From Flavobacteriales bacterium (GTDB taxonomy: Bacteria; Bacteroidota; Bacteroidia; Flavobacteriales; JADGDT01): DNA of 61,973 bases. The notes under the pieces were generated by a model. It had not been told where the DNA came from and ran no database searches. It saw only the letters and a program-made list of their open reading frames with translations. The stretch spans positions 1-61,973 of the forward strand of contig JAGLEB010000091.1 of assembly GCA_023145275.1 (NCBI GenBank). Reading direction: 5' to 3'. This document shows, piece after piece, positions 61,672-61,973 of this stretch (position 1 is the stretch's first letter; every line of letters begins with the position of its first letter). A program made the position numbers and the translations under genes.

Positions 61672-61973
61672 ATGCTAGAAGAGAATTATTCTAATAAATA
61701 CCCAGAAGTTGGGTGCGACGAAGCTGGGAGAGGTTGTTTATCTGGTCCGGTATGCGCTGCAGCAGTGATATTACCAAAAGGCTTTCACAATAAAGTATTG
61801 AACGACTCAAAGAAGCTTACGGAGAAAAAAAGAAATGAGCTCAGAATTATTATCGAAAAAGAAGCTTTAGCCTATGGTGTAGCTTTTTTGTCGCCTAAAG
61901 AGATTGATGAAATAAACATACTAAATGCATCAATAGAGGCAATGCATAGAGCAATTGATAAATTAGAGATAAA
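61672..61973 (+). CDS. rnhB: Ribonuclease HII (N-terminal part, runs off the window)
   Basis: The ATG at 61672 opens [34 protein letters not shown]...NDSKKL..., the canonical RNase HII DEAGRG and DSK motifs. It is absent from the ORF track because no stop lies in the window. Confidence 0.9.
   Translation, partial: MLEENYSNKYPEVGCDEAGRGCLSGPVCAAAVILPKGFHNKVLNDSKKLTEKKRNELRIIIEKEALAYGVAFLSPKEIDEINILNASIEAMHRAIDKLEI

Overview
AT-rich (about one-third G+C by eye) chromosomal segment that looks like Bacteroidota. Evidence for the phylum: two SusC/SusD pairs, a SprE/PorW-like TPR lipoprotein, a 287-aa RpoD, and TAnnTTTG -7 boxes upstream of several genes. I support about 50 protein genes, and nearly all are core housekeeping. 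They include rplU-rpmA, monomeric icd, hemW, rarA, rlmB, rplY, prs, gdhA, a CBS-type family II pyrophosphatase, a ROK glucokinase, aspS, two tandem ClC channels, rpiB, rpe and rpoD. They also include the F-ATPase operon atpBEFHAG (no atpDC here), a bactofilin/AtpZ pair, an M23 peptidase, a GH3-family protein, an OmpR-type two-component pair and a partial rnhB. I found no tRNA, rRNA, CRISPR array, transposase, integrase or obvious defence genes. I do not see a convincing novel multi-gene system of the defence-island kind, and I say so plainly. The best leads, in order: (1) a roughly 115-nt, about 61% G+C, multi-helix element at 22687-22801 in an otherwise AT-rich spacer. (2) A roughly 175-190-nt rod-like folded intergenic element at 10707-10900, a candidate structured RNA. 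(3) An apparent operon joining a SprE/PorW-like lipoprotein, a bactofilin and an AtpZ/AtpI protein directly upstream of the ATP synthase genes. (4) Two back-to-back SusC/SusD loci with no enzymes and a DUF3179 lipoprotein between them. (5) A 1012-aa receiver-like plus PEP/pyruvate-binding (ATP-grasp) orphan protein. All family calls come from motif recognition by eye, because no searches could be run.
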